Below are positions 1-14,825 of a stretch of DNA of 124,000 nt, piece by piece. The notes under the pieces are model-generated. The model was not told where the DNA came from, ran no database searches, and saw only the letters and a program-made list of their open reading frames with translations. Position 1 is the first letter of the stretch, and each line of letters starts with the position of its first letter. This stretch comes from Octopus vulgaris (Eukaryota), in the NCBI GenBank assembly GCA_951406725.2, contig OX597817.1:117820001-117944000 (forward strand), written 5' to 3'. Made by a program: the position numbers and the translations under genes.

Positions 1-230
1 CTCACATACACAGAGGCAAGTGCACCTTCATTGCGGGATCACCAGCATTTTATTATTTCCCCTTCTTCCTAGCTCTCCTATTCAACTAGCATTTTCCAAC
101 CAGTAGTTATGATTGACCTCTAAATCGACAAGTTTGTTTCTATTCTCTTTTTGTTCCTTTCTCCTCATGTTCCTTTCTGTTGAAGAGCGTTGGCTCGAAA
201 TGTAAAAGACTTTCTCAATTCCAGAGCTTA
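1..230 (+). mobile_element. PLE pLTR fragment (CUGUUGA family)
   Basis: Homologous to 74525-74760 and to the reverse complement of about 81040-81130. Ends in (TA)n. Confidence 0.7.
173..208 (+). ncRNA. Hammerhead-like motif (CUGUUGA core)
   Basis: CUUU-CUGUUGA-A-GAGC(GUUG)GCUC-GAAA-UG-UA-AAAG. Confidence 0.5.
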
Positions 231-522
231 TATATATATATATATATAACTTTTTATAAAACTGTGCATCATTAGAAAGCATTTTAAGTCTGCTTATAAT
301 TTGACTTTAAATTTCATAGAACTCACTCCTAATACTTCATGAGGATAGTCAAACTCGCTAGGATGTCTGGAAAACATATATGTGATTTCGCTGATGACTA
401 CTGGACATTTGTATTTGCTGCAATATTTGCAGCTTTAAATAAAATTGTTCTTAGTATGAAACAATTGTACTAAACTACTAATCCATTCTTGTTGCTTTTT
501 TCTTGGTTATATACATATATGA

Positions 523-572
<50 letters not shown>

Positions 573-1403
573 ATGTATGTACATGTACATGTATATGTAA
601 ATATACATGTATCTATGTATGTATGTTTCGCTACATGAAGCTGCTTACTTAACAATTGTTATTTTCTCATTCATATAAAAATGTATAATTTGGCCCTGTA
701 ATTACCTTAAGATCATATAAGAACGCTGTGCGGTGTACTACTGGAGGTTAGAAATAGTGCTCATTAATAAGTACAAATATATTTACTTTTAACAACTGGT
801 CCTTGGATATGCCCTGGTAATGCAAATCGTTACGTGTATGCATTACATATGTGTTTGTGAGTGGGTGTGTATATATACTAAATTCAAATTTAAATTCCAC
901 TTGCTATAAATAGAGCCATCATTCCAAAACCAATAATACCCACTATTAAAACTCACTATGCACTGAACATAACATAACACTATGCACTGAACATAACAGA
1001 AGCAGGCTTACATTGAGTGGAATACAGAAGTAAGGAATGTGTATATCTCAGGATGAATTGATTGCACTTCTTATATGAAAATTCATACTCTGAGCTCATC
1101 AGCTGAAAATAACACTTTAACATCTATTTCTGAACTATTTGTCACATTACGTCGTGTACCTTCTTTAATTTTAAATGTCACCGCGACATTTAAAAAAAAC
1201 TTATCGTTTGCCAGTATAAATTTAAATTAAGTTTTGTTGTCTGTTTCGGTTATATTCATTGCATTGGCCGTGTATATTTTAATAGTGAGTATTGGTGGTT
1301 TCAGATCGATGAGCAAGTTTATAACAAGTGGTATTTAAGTACCCTATGGAATTTGAATTTAGTTTATATTTTACCTGTCAATGTGTAAACTTGCAAGACA
1401 CTA

Positions 1404-1482
<79 letters not shown>

Positions 1483-1514
1483 GATCATAATAATACTAAT
1501 TTAATTTGTATATA

Positions 1515-1606
<92 letters not shown>

Positions 1607-1739
1607 AATAAATGGTGGGGTTGTGTTGACCGCACGTGGAGAAATGATAAGCAAGGAAAAATTGCAAAAATGCAGAATGCTCGATTGAAAGAAAAATTTT
1701 ATGAAATGAGAAAATGAAAAAATATATAAATATATATTT

Positions 1740-1779
1740 ATTCAAACCGGTTTTCGTCATAGTTTGACTTATCAAGAAT
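1740..1779 (-). ncRNA. Hammerhead-like motif, U3-A8 variant
   Basis: AUUC-UUGAUAA-GUCA(AACUA)UGAC-GAAA-ACCGGUU-U-GAAU. Confidence 0.7.
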
Positions 1780-2454
1780 GAAAAGGTTTTTTAAAAATGA
1801 GAAAGGGGAAAAAAGTTGCATTGTTTTTTGCAAAAGAATAATAATAAATATGTATAAAAATTTTAAAATAAGTACTCCGATACATTGTGAGTTGGTTGTG
1901 TATCTTGAGTTTAATGAATGTTCACGAAAAAATTACCTTGAGGTATTAGGATCCAATGGGATTAAGGCCATGTGTTGTTTGGTTTAATTTAGGATGTTGG
2001 CAAAACAGGAAGTAGTAGTAATTGTGGTTCTTCAGTTCCTGTGTTGTGAATAAGGGGAGACAACTCTTTTGGGTTCTTCAATAAAGGCTGCTGATAAAAT
2101 CCCAAATTATAGAATTGACATTTTAGCTTCATTTGCATTATCTTTTTTATGTAATTGTTTGTTAATTTAACTTTCAGATTTTAACACTTTGTTTATATTA
2201 TTTTCTAATTATATAAATTTGCATAGACAATTGCATTTCAGATTGTTATATCATAAATAATAAAGATGATGGTAATAACAACAATAGTAAAAATGATATT
2301 TAAAGAATATAAGTTTTTGCTGGAAGTGATGAATCTATGGTATCCTTATATATTTGTGTGAGTCCATCCATGAAGAATGAGGTAGAAAAGGGAAGTTTGA
2401 TCAACGAGTAGTTTGTATATTAAGTTCTGTTTGGAATTTTTCAATAAAGATATT

Positions 2455-3468
2455 CTACTTGTTAATTCTCTCCTGTGTGGTGATGCCGTCTTTACATTGG
2501 TAGAAGGGGAATATATAGAATTTGGGGTTTAAGTCTTTAGCGCATGAGTCTATGTGGTCACTCAGTGGAATTTGTCGGTATTCCGGGAGATTTATTTGTT
2601 CTTTATGCACCGCTACCCGTTTACGTAACGGGAGACTCGTTTGTCCAACATAATTATGTTGGCAACCAGCGCATGTGAGAACGTAGATAAGGTTCTCGGA
2701 GGAACAGGAGAAATTAGTCTTGATTTTAAACTTCGTACCTTGTTTGAAGGTAAATTCAGAACTTTCAAGTAGGAGAGGGTATGTCCCACAGTTTGGGCGT
2801 GCACATTTTTTTACTGCTGGGGGTGGATGTGGTGTGTGAAGTTTGGCATTTGTCAAGATTTTTTTTAAAGATTTGTATTGCCTTTTACATTTGAGGATTT
2901 TGTGTGTATTTATAATGTTTTTCATTTTTGGGTCTGTTGACAGTAGACTGAGGTTTTGTATGATTGTGGGGTATGCTTCGATATTTTTGGGGTTGTGGGT
3001 GGAAATGTATGGAAGTATTTTGAGGTTGTGTATGGTGTTAGGTTGGGTAGTTTTCGGTGTAATGTTATCCAGTTCTTTGGCGCGTTTTATTCCATACTCT
3101 ATAACGGTGGAGGGATATTGGCGTTGTAATAGTGTTTTTTTGAGGTCTTGAAGGCGTATTTCTCGTGTATTTGGATCCAAGACGATGGTACATACCCTTT
3201 TAGCCAAATTGAAAGGGATATTTGTCTTGGTGTGTTTTGGGTGGCATGAACTAAAGAGGAGGTATTGTTGTGAGTCTGTGGGTTTGTGGTAGATGTCTGT
3301 TATGATTTGGTTCTTAGGTGCTTTTATAATTAGGAGATCAAGGAATGGTAGATGATGTTTGCTTAATTCCATAGTGAATTGGATGTTGGGATGTATGTTG
3401 TTTAGTAAGGTTTTGAATTCCAGGAGTTTTTCATAAGGTTCTTTCCATATGATGAAACAATAATCCAA
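2455..3468 (-). pseudogene. PLE RT C-terminus plus GIY-YIG endonuclease fragment
   Basis: Begins at the RT catalytic region (RYLDDCFIIW) and continues YHKPTDSQQYLLFSSCHP, CARPNCGT and NLIYVLTCAGCQHNYVGQT. Premature TAG near the C-terminus relative to copies 2 and 3. Confidence 0.9.
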
Positions 3469-3550
3469 ATACCTTTTCCAGTTTTCCTTTATGTAGGTGT
3501 GGAAAACATGTCCAAATTTCTGGCGTGATATTTCATAGAGTATATATAGA

Positions 3551-3616
<66 letters not shown>

Positions 3617-4518
3617 TTTTACTCCTTATTCCTTTTTGCAGTCATTTGACTGCGGCTATCCTGGTGCACCACCTGTATGTTAATATACATACGCGTGTGT
3701 GTGTGTACACACGCATATGAGACGAACCTGAATTAACGAATTATTTTCAATACTCTAATTATATTCAAAGCATGGTAAATCCATTTTATAATCACTGTTC
3801 TTAAGAAATATGTGTTAATAAATATATGAATATTTATGATATTTATGATACAGTATATGAATTAATAGCTACAAAAGCTGTAACCAAACCAAATAGTAAT
3901 CTTGATCACTACCTTAACGTGGAGGTTCTGTTAAACCACAACCTACTGTGTACATTAGCATGGGAGTATCTCACAGAACTCTTGGTAATTCCTAGTTGTT
4001 AATGTCACTCGCAATTATATAACTGCCATACGTGAATCATCTCCTTCGACCCTGGAACTGCCAGCTCACAAGATTTCACCCTGCTATATATTTCTTAGAG
4101 GGAGATCTCCAGCAGTACAAAGACACCTGAGTGTCCAGTCCGAGAAATATAGAATCTCATTCTCTATTTAGGTACTGGTGTCGCAAATACCCAAAATGTT
4201 TATTGACATATAATTAATACCGATAGAAATAACATTGATTTGTAATGTAATCCAGATCTCCAAATTACGATGGAGGTTTTGTACGAACACAGAATACTGT
4301 GTTATTTACCACAAGAATAATTTACATTTGTACCCATGGTGTAAAAAGCACTTGTTATTATATGGTTGATAGACGAGAATTGTCTGTATTATATTAAATA
4401 CTTTCAATACACTGGTAAATATCTAATTCAGAATGATTCAATGATGCTTATATGTTATATGCAAGGAATGCATACATACAATTCACACTTGTATACATAT
4501 ACATATACATACACATAA

Positions 4519-4578
<60 letters not shown>

Positions 4579-4713
4579 ATCACGTGACCGACCAGACCAT
4601 TAGATGTTGCTACACATCGCTGGTCACAATGCGTTCGCATTGTTTTAGCCTTCAAATAACTTCACCCCGCTGGCTAAGCAAGCAGGCCATATATATATAT
4701 AAATATATATATG

Positions 4714-4786
<73 letters not shown>

Positions 4787-5374
4787 AATTACTCATGGAT
4801 GAATGGGATTGACAATATTAATTTTATTAAATTGTTTGCAATCCTTTTAACTATTCACATTTGAAATAGTCTTGCGTCATGTCTATCGACGGCAATTATG
4901 CCTTTAATCATATACACTACGAATATCAGCTGGGATTAAATCAAAACAGCGGAACAAAATAATATGCACACTAATTCGACAATTTCGCTAATACACAGTA
5001 TACTCATCACCTTTCAAAAGTGCGCAGTTCTAAATAATATCTCTGTACGAATGGAAACTTAGGCAAAAAAGGTAAAAGAATATAGAAGAAAAATATGATG
5101 ACATTCTGTTCCATTCCACCTTCGTTACTTCGTTCTTAATTATATCCCCAACTGCGCTGTCGTCCATAAATGAAGTGGCTGGATGTCTCCGTGTGATAAG
5201 GACTGTCATGTTATCGTTGTTATGTATTGTCACCAGAACAACGGGCTTAACCTCTCAACCTCACAATTTTCACAATTATTCAGAGCAATTTACACACGCG
5301 TACGTTATTAGATACATGTGCATATATTGGGATAAGTATATGTATGCATATACACACATTTGTATATGTATGTG

Positions 5375-5444
<70 letters not shown>

Positions 5445-5621
5445 ATACTTAGGGTTCAGTAAAGATTTGCTTTACCGCATACCGAACCCTAATTATTAAA
5501 TATTACGTAAGTTTACCATGAAATGGTCCCTTTTACATGCCGAATTCTACTTGGTGAAATTATTGATTACTTCTTAATTAATTAATTTTACCCTTTGTTA
5601 TATGTAGATATATATATATAT

Positions 5622-6050
5622 ATACTGGGGCAACTCAGAAATAATGCAGTTTTTTCAATTGCTTTCATCAAAAGTCGGAGGAGACGGGATAAACTATATG
5701 TATCAACTTGCTATAAAAGCAGGTAGTAATTTTACCTAATACTTGTTCTTAGTGCTGAAGGGTACATTTCCAGTGTGATCCTGACTGAACATCCTTGTAT
5801 ATAATTTATTTTTGAAATTTTGATTTTTGATTTAAGATCTTCTTCGATCTCACGTAATACGATTTTAAACCTATCATCATTGATTAGAAAAAAGTGTTAG
5901 TCGAAAGGACCAATGAAAAGGAAGCAATTTCAAATGTGTATCTGTTAGTGTAAATTTCATATTTTATACATACACTCTTTATTTTGTTCCATTTTCAATT
6001 TAAACTGTCCGACGAACGGGAACGTGAAATTCTGTGCAGCAGTTTATTGC
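5622..6050. mobile_element. Possible mariner-derived short element
   Basis: Left end resembles the TIR of the 100.7-kb mariner (..AATAATGC). Shares a 29-nt motif with 114.3 kb. Confidence 0.3.
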
Positions 6051-6155
6051 GAATTTTCTTCTATGTTTTTGCAGCTTTAATAATAATAATAAAGCATATT
6101 ACTCTACCTCCGGTATAGGAGTCCTTGTTTCACATTTGCTTACGTTTGTGTGTGC

Positions 6156-6189
<34 letters not shown>

Positions 6190-6196
<7 letters not shown>

Positions 6197-6365
6197 ATCC
6201 AAACAAGAAAGCATAAAAAAACACAACAACGCGAGGACGTAACAGATATAGTATTATTAGAGGCTCAGGAAAGAAAGAAAGAAGGAGGGTTTAAGGTTTC
6301 GACCGGAACTCTTAGTCGGAAGCATAGGAAAAGGAAAGATCCAGAGAAGGGAAGACACAGGAAAT
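6190..6365 (-). mobile_element. PLE pLTR fragment (CCGACGA family)
   Basis: Homologous to 16110-16331. Adjacent to (TA)n. Confidence 0.7.
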
Positions 6366-6393
6366 ACATATATATATTTAGAGAGAGAGGGAG

Positions 6394-6441
<48 letters not shown>

Positions 6442-6443
<2 letters not shown>

Positions 6444-6573
6444 TTATTATATAGAAGGAGCTTCTACAGGACTAGTACTGTTTCATTCAAGAGAAATCTT
6501 CAGGAAGCTTCCTGAAGATTTCTCTTGAATGAAACAGTACTAGTCCTGTAGAAGCTCCTTCTATATAATAAAT
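6442..6573. repeat. Perfect 132-bp palindrome with no spacer
   Basis: Centred on AAGCTT (6505-6510). Each arm contains CUGAAGA...GAAACAGUACUAGUC. Confidence 0.92.
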
Positions 6574-6639
6574 TAATTTTACTCTGCTATGTATTGAGTA
6601 CCTTACTTACTGTGGTTAACCCCGAATCAACCCGGGACC

Positions 6640-6679
<40 letters not shown>

Positions 6680-8568
6680 TATGCAGACATAAATATACAT
6701 ATATATATACGCACATATATATATACACACATATACACAGATATATATGTATGTGCGCCAGCGCGTGTGTTATAAATACGAAATTCTCTCTGTTTGGGAG
6801 CCCGGTATTTCAGTCTAAATTTGCTTTAGATAGACATATACCTTCAAGATGATTTCAGGATTGCCCCTCATTTTTATTCTTGAACATCTAGCATTGGAAT
6901 CTAATTTTAAAGCATTTGAGTTACTATTTAGCCCACCGTAGGAGTCAACTCAAAAGTCTGCACGGAGTGCGGTATGTATGCGTGTAAGTGTGTGTGTGTG
7001 TGCATATTTATATATATATTTATATATATAGATGTGTATGCGCATGTTTGTAACCATGCGTGTGTGCATGAGTATCTGCATCAGAAATGGAAGGCTTTTG
7101 ATCTGCTTAGAATAAAAACTTCGCTGCAAATGATAGTCGATATAAATTTGTGTTAACACTGATTTGTATATTATAAATATACTTATTACATTTCTATTTG
7201 TACGCTTTTGTATTATATTTACTCTTGATATTCTACTGATTACTGATGAAAAGAATATATCATTATGATTAAATCTGTAAAAATACTACTTCAATCAAAT
7301 CAATATTACATTTACAGAGGTCACCTAATTGAATGTTAATATGAAATGTCTTCTTATTTGTATATATCAGATATATTTGCATTTAAAATCATTCAAATAA
7401 ACAACACTTAGAAACATGCATATATTTATATATTATATATTAGATAATAAAGCGAATGATTTATACCTTGTAGTTTATTAGTAATGCAAGGTCACTTTCA
7501 TACTGTTCGTTATGTATCTGGTTAATGAAATACGGGAGTTTTTATTAATCACTACAATTGTTTCGAAACCTCTTGCACGCGTGGGATACTTAACAACTGG
7601 AACTGGAGCATCCCACGGTTCAAATGTGTCTCTTCTGTTGATTAGCAGATACAACTTTTTAAAATAACAGTTCCGAAATGTATCTTCTTAGTTCTGTCGA
7701 AGAAAGGCAACAAATTAAAAGATGTTGCTTCATTTATGTAGAAGATCAATAGTAAAATAAAATAGCAGATTTAAAAAAGAAAGCAACACTCAATACAGCG
7801 AAAAACGTTCGTGTTGGAACAATTATTGTAGTATAATAAACTCACGCATCTTTCATCTTCCACCTCAAATTACCCAGATACTATATATACATACTCACGT
7901 GTATATATACGCTCATATATACGTGCTCATCCACGCACATATACAACATATTGAAACAATTAGACGTACACCCTGCCCACAGAATGATGCCTTACAATAT
8001 GTCCTTAGTTCAATAGTCATTCCCTTAAACAGTCATTACTAAGGCTAAAAAATACTAAGTCATTTAATAATATGGTGGATGGTCCTCAACTCTATCTTAC
8101 ATTAATATATTCTCAGAAACATTCGCAGGATTACATGCATGCTCTTTCAGACTTATATATCGTATAAGAAATTTTATGGGCTATATATATTGCAACTTTT
8201 TAATCGTTGAAAAGAATTCATTCAAAAATCATATCTTCAATTATTTATTTGCATTTTCCAATATTATTTTTGGTGGAACGTAATTTATTTTTTATTGTTT
8301 CATATTTATATTAGGTTATTTTGCAAAACATTTATGATATTATAAATTATGATCTTGGCTGAAAAAGAAATGTTTTGACCATTGAAATATATATGACATA
8401 TCTGTCTGGATTTCAACTACTTTCAAATAACTTAAATTTTTTAAAGATTTTTCGCAAGAAAACAACAGTGTTATATTTAAACATACACCAGAAGGTTTAT
8501 TATTTAGCTTGTTCTTTTGTGTCCCTACTCGTAAAGGATCAAATTTTGCACGATGAAATTGAGACATC

Positions 8569-9192
8569 GGATCTTTACTTTTTGACAGGCAGATTTTAAA
8601 TATAATTTTTTGTAACTAAACACTTTCAAACTTCGGACACTGGTAGAATGCGTCATATAAAACATATTTTACTCTTAGCGTTTTGAGAAACCATTATATT
8701 TAGGAGGTTATTTCACGATAAAGTTGTAGTATTTCGGTAATTTCAACCAATGATTGACGTGTATTCAGCTGAATAAAAGTACTGCCGTTGTTTGTCAACG
8801 ATAACTTCCGGCGGTGTATATTTCGTTTGTCAATGTTATTTATGACACCCCTAATCCTAAAACACTAAACCTAACCCTAAAACCTTAAAGCTAAAGTACA
8901 AACGCACGAACAATGTCATAAATAACAGTGTCAAACGAAAAATACACCGCCGATAGTTATTGTTGACAAACAACAATAGTAATTTTATTCAGCTGAACAC
9001 ACGTCATTCATTGGTTGAAATTACCAAAATATGACAACATTAACGTGAAATAACTTCCTAAATATAAGGTTTTCTCAAAATCACTAAGAGTAAAAGATGT
9101 TTTTATGACACAATCTGACAGTGTCCGAAGTTTGAAAGTGCTTAGTTACAAAAAATTATTTTTAAATTCTATCTGTCAAAAGGTAACGATCC
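8569..9192. mobile_element. MITE-like fold-back element with long imperfect TIRs
   Basis: ~270-bp arms are reverse complementary (e.g. CACTTTCAAACTTCGGACAC / GTGTCCGAAGTTTGAAAGTG). CCTAA-rich centre. Confidence 0.8.
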
Positions 9193-9805
9193 ACGATATC
9201 TTGGTTAGTATCTGACAACTGAACAAAAGTTATCAGCTATGAATTTTAGCCGCGAAATATTGAAATATTTGTTAGCATTATTACTTACTGGTTTTTAGCA
9301 CGCCGTGCAGAATATTTAGCAGTATATCCTTCGTTTTACGTTCTGAGCTTAAATTCCGCCGATGCCGAATTTGCCTTTCATAATTTCGGAGTCAATTAAA
9401 TAAGTACCAGTGCCGCTCTGAGCGGCAAATTTCAGTCCATGTGTTTACGATAGAAAAAAATATTACTTATTGGTTCGTATTCCTTCGATTTTCATTCATA
9501 TTTTGACAAATATTTTTGCATTGCCCTTTTAAATCTCTGCAAGTGCACGGGCGTGTGTGTGTGTGTGTTTCGATCCGTGTCTGCTTATATCGATGTTTGG
9601 CAATTAAAACTGACATTGGAAAAGAAATTGTTTTGAAAGGGTAGTTTTAATAACAAAATATCAATTATTTTAATGCTCAGAAACGTATTTTAGCCCTTTA
9701 TTCTCTTTAATTAGTATATCAATACAAAACTATTAAACAAACAAAAATACATACGTTCATACATACATACATAATACATACATACATACCTACATTCATA
9801 CATAC

Positions 9806-9864
<59 letters not shown>

Positions 9865-10449
9865 ACATTTCTATATGCTCTATGGATATATGGTGTTCGC
9901 ATGGTATGTATAAATATTCATAATCATGTACTTTTGGAAATGTGATACTCAGGATGTTAAAGTATATGGTAAATCGATCTATGGCTAAACTTTAAAACGA
10001 AAAAATAATATTTCATTCCCTTGCTTTTAACCTTTGTCTATGAAATAAATTAGATAATTTTAGACCCGTTCGGCATCTTCTTCTAGCTTGTGGCATCACT
10101 CAGTAGTTTCCATTATTATAATTTTATATAATTAAGCACTTCCTATATATATATATATATTTATGTAACATATGGTATAATTGTAAACAGGGCAAAGTTT
10201 ATCTATTCCACTGCAGACTGAATAAAATGACGAACAACCTTAATGGATTTTCGAACCTTATTGGGAACTCAACAGAGGCGTCTGCACAATTCTGATGATC
10301 TCCAGAGAAATAAACAGTCAAACTGTTTATATACTCAACAATGCAGCCAGTTGCTCTCTGAATGAGTCCCTAATTTGCATATAAAATTGTTTAACACTCT
10401 ATAAATACCACTGGCAAGTCAACGGGGATTTTAGTTCACACAGTATCAA

Positions 10450-10705
<256 letters not shown>

Positions 10706-11533
10706 GCATATGCTCACGCGCATGCACATACACACGCGCACACACGTATATATATGTACTTATATGTACTTTTGGAAAGTATACAGCTTAATGACTTAAC
10801 AGATGTAGCAATTAAGCCAAGGTCTGCAACTTCGGGAGTAGGAAATACGCTGATTATATAGACACTAGTACCCCACTTATTTCATTCATAATAAAAACAT
10901 TAATGGTGAGCTTGTCATCGATGGTACTCTAACTCAGAATGTAAAGACAGACGAAATGCATCTAAGCATTGTGTTCGGTACGCTAATTGTTCAGCCAGCT
11001 GACCGCTCTAGCAACAATATTAATATATTTCAGCTTTAAAACCATTCTTACGTTCATAACCAATTGAATCCTCCTGAGAGAGTCCTTATGACGTGTGTTT
11101 GACTCTTCTTTATAGCACAAACTCCATTTTAAGAACAACTGTTTTTAAAACTAAATACTATAAAATTATATCCCAAATTCGGACTACATAAATACTGCAC
11201 GGTAAAGTACACACTAAGAAAACTTATTAAAAAATTGTTCATGAGTCCAGAGATGATTGTATGCGCGTGGACACATACAAACTTACACATACATAAACAC
11301 ACGCGTACACACACACATATTGAATATACTTGTAAAATAGGGATGCGTCTTATTCGAGAATGAGTCATATACATTTGCATCTATGTTTATTGTAGCTATG
11401 TCGGGTTCAAGAATAAAACTGAAGCCGTTTAACGATCTATAGTTTTTGCCTTGATGAGACAATATATATAAAGATACATTGTACATCAACTGTGAATAGA
11501 ATGTAAAGCTAGTTGAACAACATTATTTGATAT

Positions 11534-11741
11534 TACTCTTTTAATTGTTTCAGTCATTTGAGTGTGGCCATGGTGGAGTACTGCCTTTAGTCGAGCGAAT
11601 CGACCCCAGGACACATTCTTTGTAAGTCTAGTACTTATCGGTCTCTTTTGTCGAACTACTAGATTACGGGGGCGTAAAAACACCACCATCGGTTGTCAAG
11701 CAATGTTGGGGGGACAAACACAAACACATAAACACATACAC

Positions 11742-11799
<58 letters not shown>

Positions 11800-11982
11800 A
11801 TATGTATATATATATACACGACGGACTCAATGGGCTTCTTTCAGTTTCCGTCTACCAAATCCGCTCACAAGGCTTTGGTCGGCCCGAGGCTATAGTAAAA
11901 GAGACTAACCCAAGGTGTCACGCAGTGGGGATGAACCCGGAACCATGTAGTTGGTAAGCAAGCTACTTACCACACAGCCACT
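11534..11982 (-). mobile_element. tRNA-derived SINE with internal microsatellite
   Basis: A-box (TGGCTGTGTGG) and B-box-like (GGTTCATCCC) head on the - strand. Homologous to 12139-12562 and 21580-21986. Confidence 0.85.
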
Positions 11983-12138
11983 AATGTTAATTTTTTTCAC
12001 CTATTCCATTAACCAAACAGAACAAATTTAGCTAATAACCGTATACAAATCCTATGCCCATTTTAACAGACTCGCACACAAACACAAACACACATGTTGT
12101 CGCACACGTACAAAGCTCTATATATGGGCATATCTGTT

Positions 12139-12357
12139 CTTTTACTCTTTTACTTGCTTCAGTCTTTTTACTTCGGCCGTACTGGAGTACCACCTTTAGT
12201 CCAGGAAATCGACCCCAGGACTTATTCTTTGTAAGCCTAGTACTTATTCTATCGGTCTCTTTTGCCGAACCGCTAAGTTACGGGGACGTAAACACACCAG
12301 CATCGGTTGTCAAGCGATGTTAGGTTTGGGGCAAACACAGACACACAAACATAAACA

Positions 12358-12405
<48 letters not shown>

Positions 12406-12562
12406 TATGACGGGCTTTTTTCAGTTTCCGTCTACCAAATCCACTCACAACGCTTTAATCGGCCCGATGCTATAGCAGAAGACACTTGCCCAAGTTGCCA
12501 CGTAGTGGGACTGATCCCGGAATCATGTGGTTCGTAAGCAAGCTACTTACAACAAAGCCACG
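12139..12562 (-). mobile_element. tRNA-derived SINE (tandem neighbour of 11534-11982)
   Basis: Same family. Confidence 0.85.
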
Positions 12563-12588
12563 TTGTTATATAATGTGTGTGTGTGTGT

Positions 12589-12630
<42 letters not shown>

Positions 12631-13652
12631 CTGTGTGTGTGTGTACTATTGCTATATCTAATGCGTTTCATATTACTTCCATTTCAGAGCTCCTATACAC
12701 CCAATCCTGAGATGCTTGTTCTTTAATTTTGTAGTGATTTATGAGATCTGCAATCTAAATAAGGATAACAAAATAGGTGTATCATATAGACTATATGTGT
12801 TTCGTAGCGACATCGGAAAAATTTTTCTACCATATTTTGTTATATTATATATTTGAAAGGGCGGATTGCAATATTTTTCAATAAATATTAACGCATTTCA
12901 ACAATGTAGTTATTAAATGTATGTTTATTAAGATATAATACAAATTATATTTATGCATACAATGTGATGTACAGAGTGCACATTCTAAAAGTACCAGGTA
13001 CAATTCTCAGAAATTCCTTATGTTCAAAGGTTATGCATTAGATAGTGCAGTCACAGATAGCATAACTCGAGTACTTCTGATAATGGATTTCCTTGATAAT
13101 AGTTCTTCTGAAGTTAAACAAGATTAGCAGCATATTACATAAGAATATTTGGTTGCACGTGAAAATATAAGTAACATCAGCTACATAGTTAATAAAAAAG
13201 AAAGTGATGTATAAGGTGATTATCATAACGGCAACACCAGCAGGAATGGATTTATTTACTCAAGGGACTTCAAAGGAGGAAAAGACAATGAGTAAAACTA
13301 TTACTTTCTCTATTTTCTTTAACAGTAAATAGTGCAGTAGTATTCGGTTTAAACAGTATATTACGTCGGAACCATTTTATATGATATATTTCAAACCGAA
13401 AAAAAATGTGATTCATTATAAATTTATCATATCAAATAGGATAATTAAATTTTATAAGATTATTATTCGCGTTTGTTTTATTTCTTAATCATATATTCTC
13501 AATTTCTAAGGCATCTAATCCGAAACTTTCTACAGTGAAACAAGAAATACGCTCACTACCAAACATATTATACCAGATTATATAGATATCTGTAGCAGAT
13601 GATATACACACACTCAAACACACCCGTACACACAGATACACACACATATATA

Positions 13653-13683
<31 letters not shown>

Positions 13684-13702
13684 GAGAGAGAGAGAGAGAT
13701 AT

Positions 13703-13740
<38 letters not shown>

Positions 13741-13954
13741 TAATTTTATTACATATATATATATCAAATTAATTTATTTGTTCATTAATACAGAAACTTG
13801 AGATTGGGTTTAACTGTACATATTTGTTGTTTTCATTCTCTTTGGAATTACTTTTTTCGTGGTCTGTGTTTGGCTGCCCTATCTAGCATGTAAGACGTCC
13901 TGTAAAGTGTCATCTCTTTTATGTATAAATGCTATACACATTTTAAATATGAAC

Positions 13955-13999
<45 letters not shown>

Positions 14000-14825
14000 C
14001 ACATATACACTCACACACACACACATATATATGGCGATCAAATCATCGCGATTCGAAACAGCCGTAAAACAACCTAGCTCTGTTAAAAATTAGAACACAG
14101 ATGCATTAGTTTTATCCCTTTTATATACATTGAAAATAGCTTGGCAATATTTTGCCTGACATTCTTCGTAGTTCTTGACTGACACTCACCAATAAAGTGA
14201 CTTCTTGCGTTATCTATCTATACATGAAACCAGTTAGCTAGTATAAATCATGTTACCAATGTAGTGGATACCTTAATTCACATATTTGTGGATTAACCAA
14301 ACGATATCAGCTTTACATGTCAATAAATTTAAGTAATACAAGACCTAGAAGCGGATGAAATGTGAAGAAGGACACAATATTTACATGTGTTTGACAGGTG
14401 TAGTATATGATGTGGAAATGTCTCTAGACGGAAATTTTCACGTCTTGTTCACTGCTCCTTTGAGAAACCTTACCTTGTGTTGTTCCCCAATAAATAGCAG
14501 AAGTAAATTATCAAGCTGTTAACTGTATCGCTAGCGTTAGTTATGAATGTGTTATAGAATAGCTACAATACTCTACAGTAATGGATGCAGAGTGAAACCA
14601 GCTGCGAATTTTCTGAATAGCTGTCAAGATACTCTGAAACGACCATCAGTAAAATTTAAAGGGATAAAAGTATTGTTATATTCCGTTTTTAATTCGCATT
14701 CCACACACCGCTAAACTTTGTAATATTTAAATACGCATACATATCATACGCATATGTATATATATATATTATATATGCTGTTTGCATGTATGTATGTATG
14801 AGTAAGTGTATATGTGTGTATTCAT

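Larger units (their letters stand above)
1602..3540 (-). mobile_element. Penelope-like retroelement, family A, copy 1 (5'-truncated, inserted in a (TA)n/(GA)n tract)
   Basis: Encodes RT C-terminus plus GIY-YIG domain. Highly similar to 16469-19056 and 66367-70905. Shared 3' terminus ...CCACGTGCGGTCAACACAACCCCACCATTTATTGATCT. TA repeats on both sides. Confidence 0.93.

Noticed and set aside
8845-8890. CCTAA/CCCTAA motifs as an interstitial telomere
   Set aside because: Only a few imperfect units, inside a fold-back element.
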